From the NCBI GenBank assembly GCA_033442325.1, contig JAWQFM010000038.1:1-8359 (forward strand): 8,359 nt of DNA, in the 5' to 3' direction. Of this stretch, positions 6,551-8,359 are shown in pieces. How positions within the stretch are numbered: the first letter of the stretch is position 1; the number at the start of each line of letters is the position of its first letter. A program made the position numbers and the translations under genes. This stretch comes from Salpingoeca rosetta. Taxonomy: Eukaryota; Protista; Choanoflagellata. Under the pieces are notes generated by a model, which saw only the letters and a program-made list of their open reading frames with translations, was not told the origin of the DNA and searched no databases.

Positions 6551-8359
6551 CAAAAAAGAAAAAGAGAAGGCAAAGGCAAGAGCCCGCTGAGTAGAGGCGC
6601 AAGCAAGAGAGCAAGGCGAATGTCGCTGAGCAGGATTGCTTGCGGGCACGAAAAAGCCGCGTCTGCGCCCTTGCAGCTACAACTTCTCTTTCTCCTTGGG
6701 TCTGGGATCTGCTGTGTTCTGAGCGACCTCTCTCCTCATTTGTATGTGTGTGTGAAGTGTGCGTGTGTGTGAGTGCGGGCAAAGCGAAGCGACACCCTTA
6801 TGTGTGTTGTGAGCAAAGCTTGCAGGAGCACACATGCATGCACAGCACATGCAATGAGAACAGCACAGGCGTGTGTGTGTGTGTGTGGATGCTGGTGTGT
6901 GTGATGCGCGAGCATTGTGTGTGGGTGTGATGAGGCACATGTGGGGAGGCGAGCAAGCGATTGCTCGTGTCTCTGTGTGTGTTCTTGTGATCACTCGCAT
7001 GAGCAAACGCATCTCTACTACACAGAAGCAAAAGCGACACACGACATATGCGCTTGTGGCGAGCAACGACTGTGTTTGCGGAAAGAGGGCGAGCTGATTG
7101 TTCAGCCTCCTCTGAGTGTGACAGTGTGAAGCGCTGGACATTCTTCTCACACGAACACGCATTGTTGGCTCTTGATTGTTCTTCTCTCCTCACAGTGATG
7201 TGACATAGCGAGACGCAGGAAGCAAGCCTGCACGCATGGTGCATTGAGACCCGGGCACAGCGATGTGCCTGGCGCGTAGATGACGTGTGTGCGCATGAAC
7301 GGGCATGCATTTTCCTTGTGTGTGTAGCTGTGCGTTGGGAGAAGGGCGATGAGCCAACATGTGTTCGTGTGTTGGGGAGTGGCTGGCAGTTGCTTTGCTG
7401 CACACGTGGATGTGGCACAGTGAAAACAAAACGTTGTCAGCTGTGTGTTGTGGGTGTGGCTGTGGTTGCCTTTGGAGGCAAGACGCAGCCCGCTGTGACA
7501 TGCGGGTCGATGAAGTATTGCGAGCGAGAGCAAGCAAAGCTTTGCATGGATTGCTGGTGTTGAGCCAAAAGTCTATGATGTTGAAGCAAGTTGCAAGCCG
7601 CTGGCGGAGTGACGGCAAAGGCACATGGAAGTGTGTTTTCTCTGCTGTGATCTCTGATAGAGGGTGGGCGCTGTCTGCTGTTTTGAATAGCGGCAGGTGG
7701 CGACTGTCCTTGATGACACCAAGCTTGCGCATGCAGGAGGCAATCCCGCCGTGAGAGCGGTGTGGATTGTTCTTCTTGAGAGGGTGCCTTGAGCAACACT
7801 CGATCATGAGTGGAGGCAAACTGTGCTGTGAGCACGATGATGATGTTGGGCACGCACACATGCGTGGATGAAGTACATTTGATGCGAAACAGTGTTGTGT
7901 GTTGTTTCGAAAGAGAGCCATGCGCACTGCATGCTGCTGATGGGCACGTGCTGCCATTGTACTTGTGTGTGCTGTGTATTGTGTGTTGTGTGAGCAACGT
8001 TGCGTTGTTTGCACACACACATATGCACATGCATAGACAAACTACAATGGTAGTGCGTGTGTTTTGTTGGCAGAGCAGGTTGTTGGCACTGGCACTCACT
8101 GGAAAACAGCACACACACGTTGTGTATTTGCATTGAATGACACTGCTTCATCCACACACCTTTTTGTGTGTGTGTGTGTCTGGGGTTGTTGTTGTGTGCA
8201 TAGCCACAAGAACAAAACCAAAAAGAAAAACAGAACGACCCGAGTGGCACGTGCAGCGATGTGCGTGTTGCTTGTGGAAGCTTTGTTTGTTGGGGTGCAG
8301 GAGGAGTGAGTGAGTGAACAGCGAAGGAAAGAAGGGAAGCTGCATAGCAGTCTTTGCAT
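6551..8359. other. TG/CA-rich low-complexity, probably intergenic or intronic host DNA
   Basis: Many short (TG)n runs on the plus strand. ORFs here translate as CVCV/HTHT low-complexity sequence with no recognisable domains. Confidence 0.7.

Noticed and set aside
5969-6782. ORF extensions through the second gap (1352..6649, 5931..6782, 5993..6772 and others)
   Set aside because: Artefacts of translating Ns and (CA)n repeats. The real start is the ATG at 5968.
6640-8359. Many overlapping Cys/His/Val/Thr-rich ORFs
   Set aside because: Explained by TG/CA dinucleotide repeats, which rarely generate stop codons. They are not metal-binding proteins.

Overview
Eukaryotic genomic window from a draft assembly with two N gaps. 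It is dominated by a near full-length Ty1/copia LTR retrotransposon on the minus strand. The element has a single gag-pol frame from the ATG at 5968 to the TGA at 1381-1383, in the copia order Gag, CCHC knuckle, protease, integrase, RT, RNase H. It has one +1 frameshift at about 1803-1805 beside a gap, a long (~577 nt) 3' non-coding region, a GCGGGGGAG polypurine tract and a likely 203-bp 3' LTR (593-795, TGTTGA...TCAACA). The 5' LTR and PBS are not visible and probably lie in the 6025-6550 gap. Downstream of the element (34-592) are decayed pieces of a Ty3/gypsy chromovirus: a chromodomain followed by its own PPT, then possibly an LTR/PBS and a gag fragment. A second copy of the same copia LTR starts at position 33 and runs off the window, so the left end looks like a same-orientation retrotransposon nest. 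The 6551-8359 region is TG/CA-rich low-complexity DNA with one possibly coding island. High GC3 coding sequence plus (CA)n-rich non-coding DNA suggests a choanoflagellate such as Salpingoeca rosetta; this is inference only.
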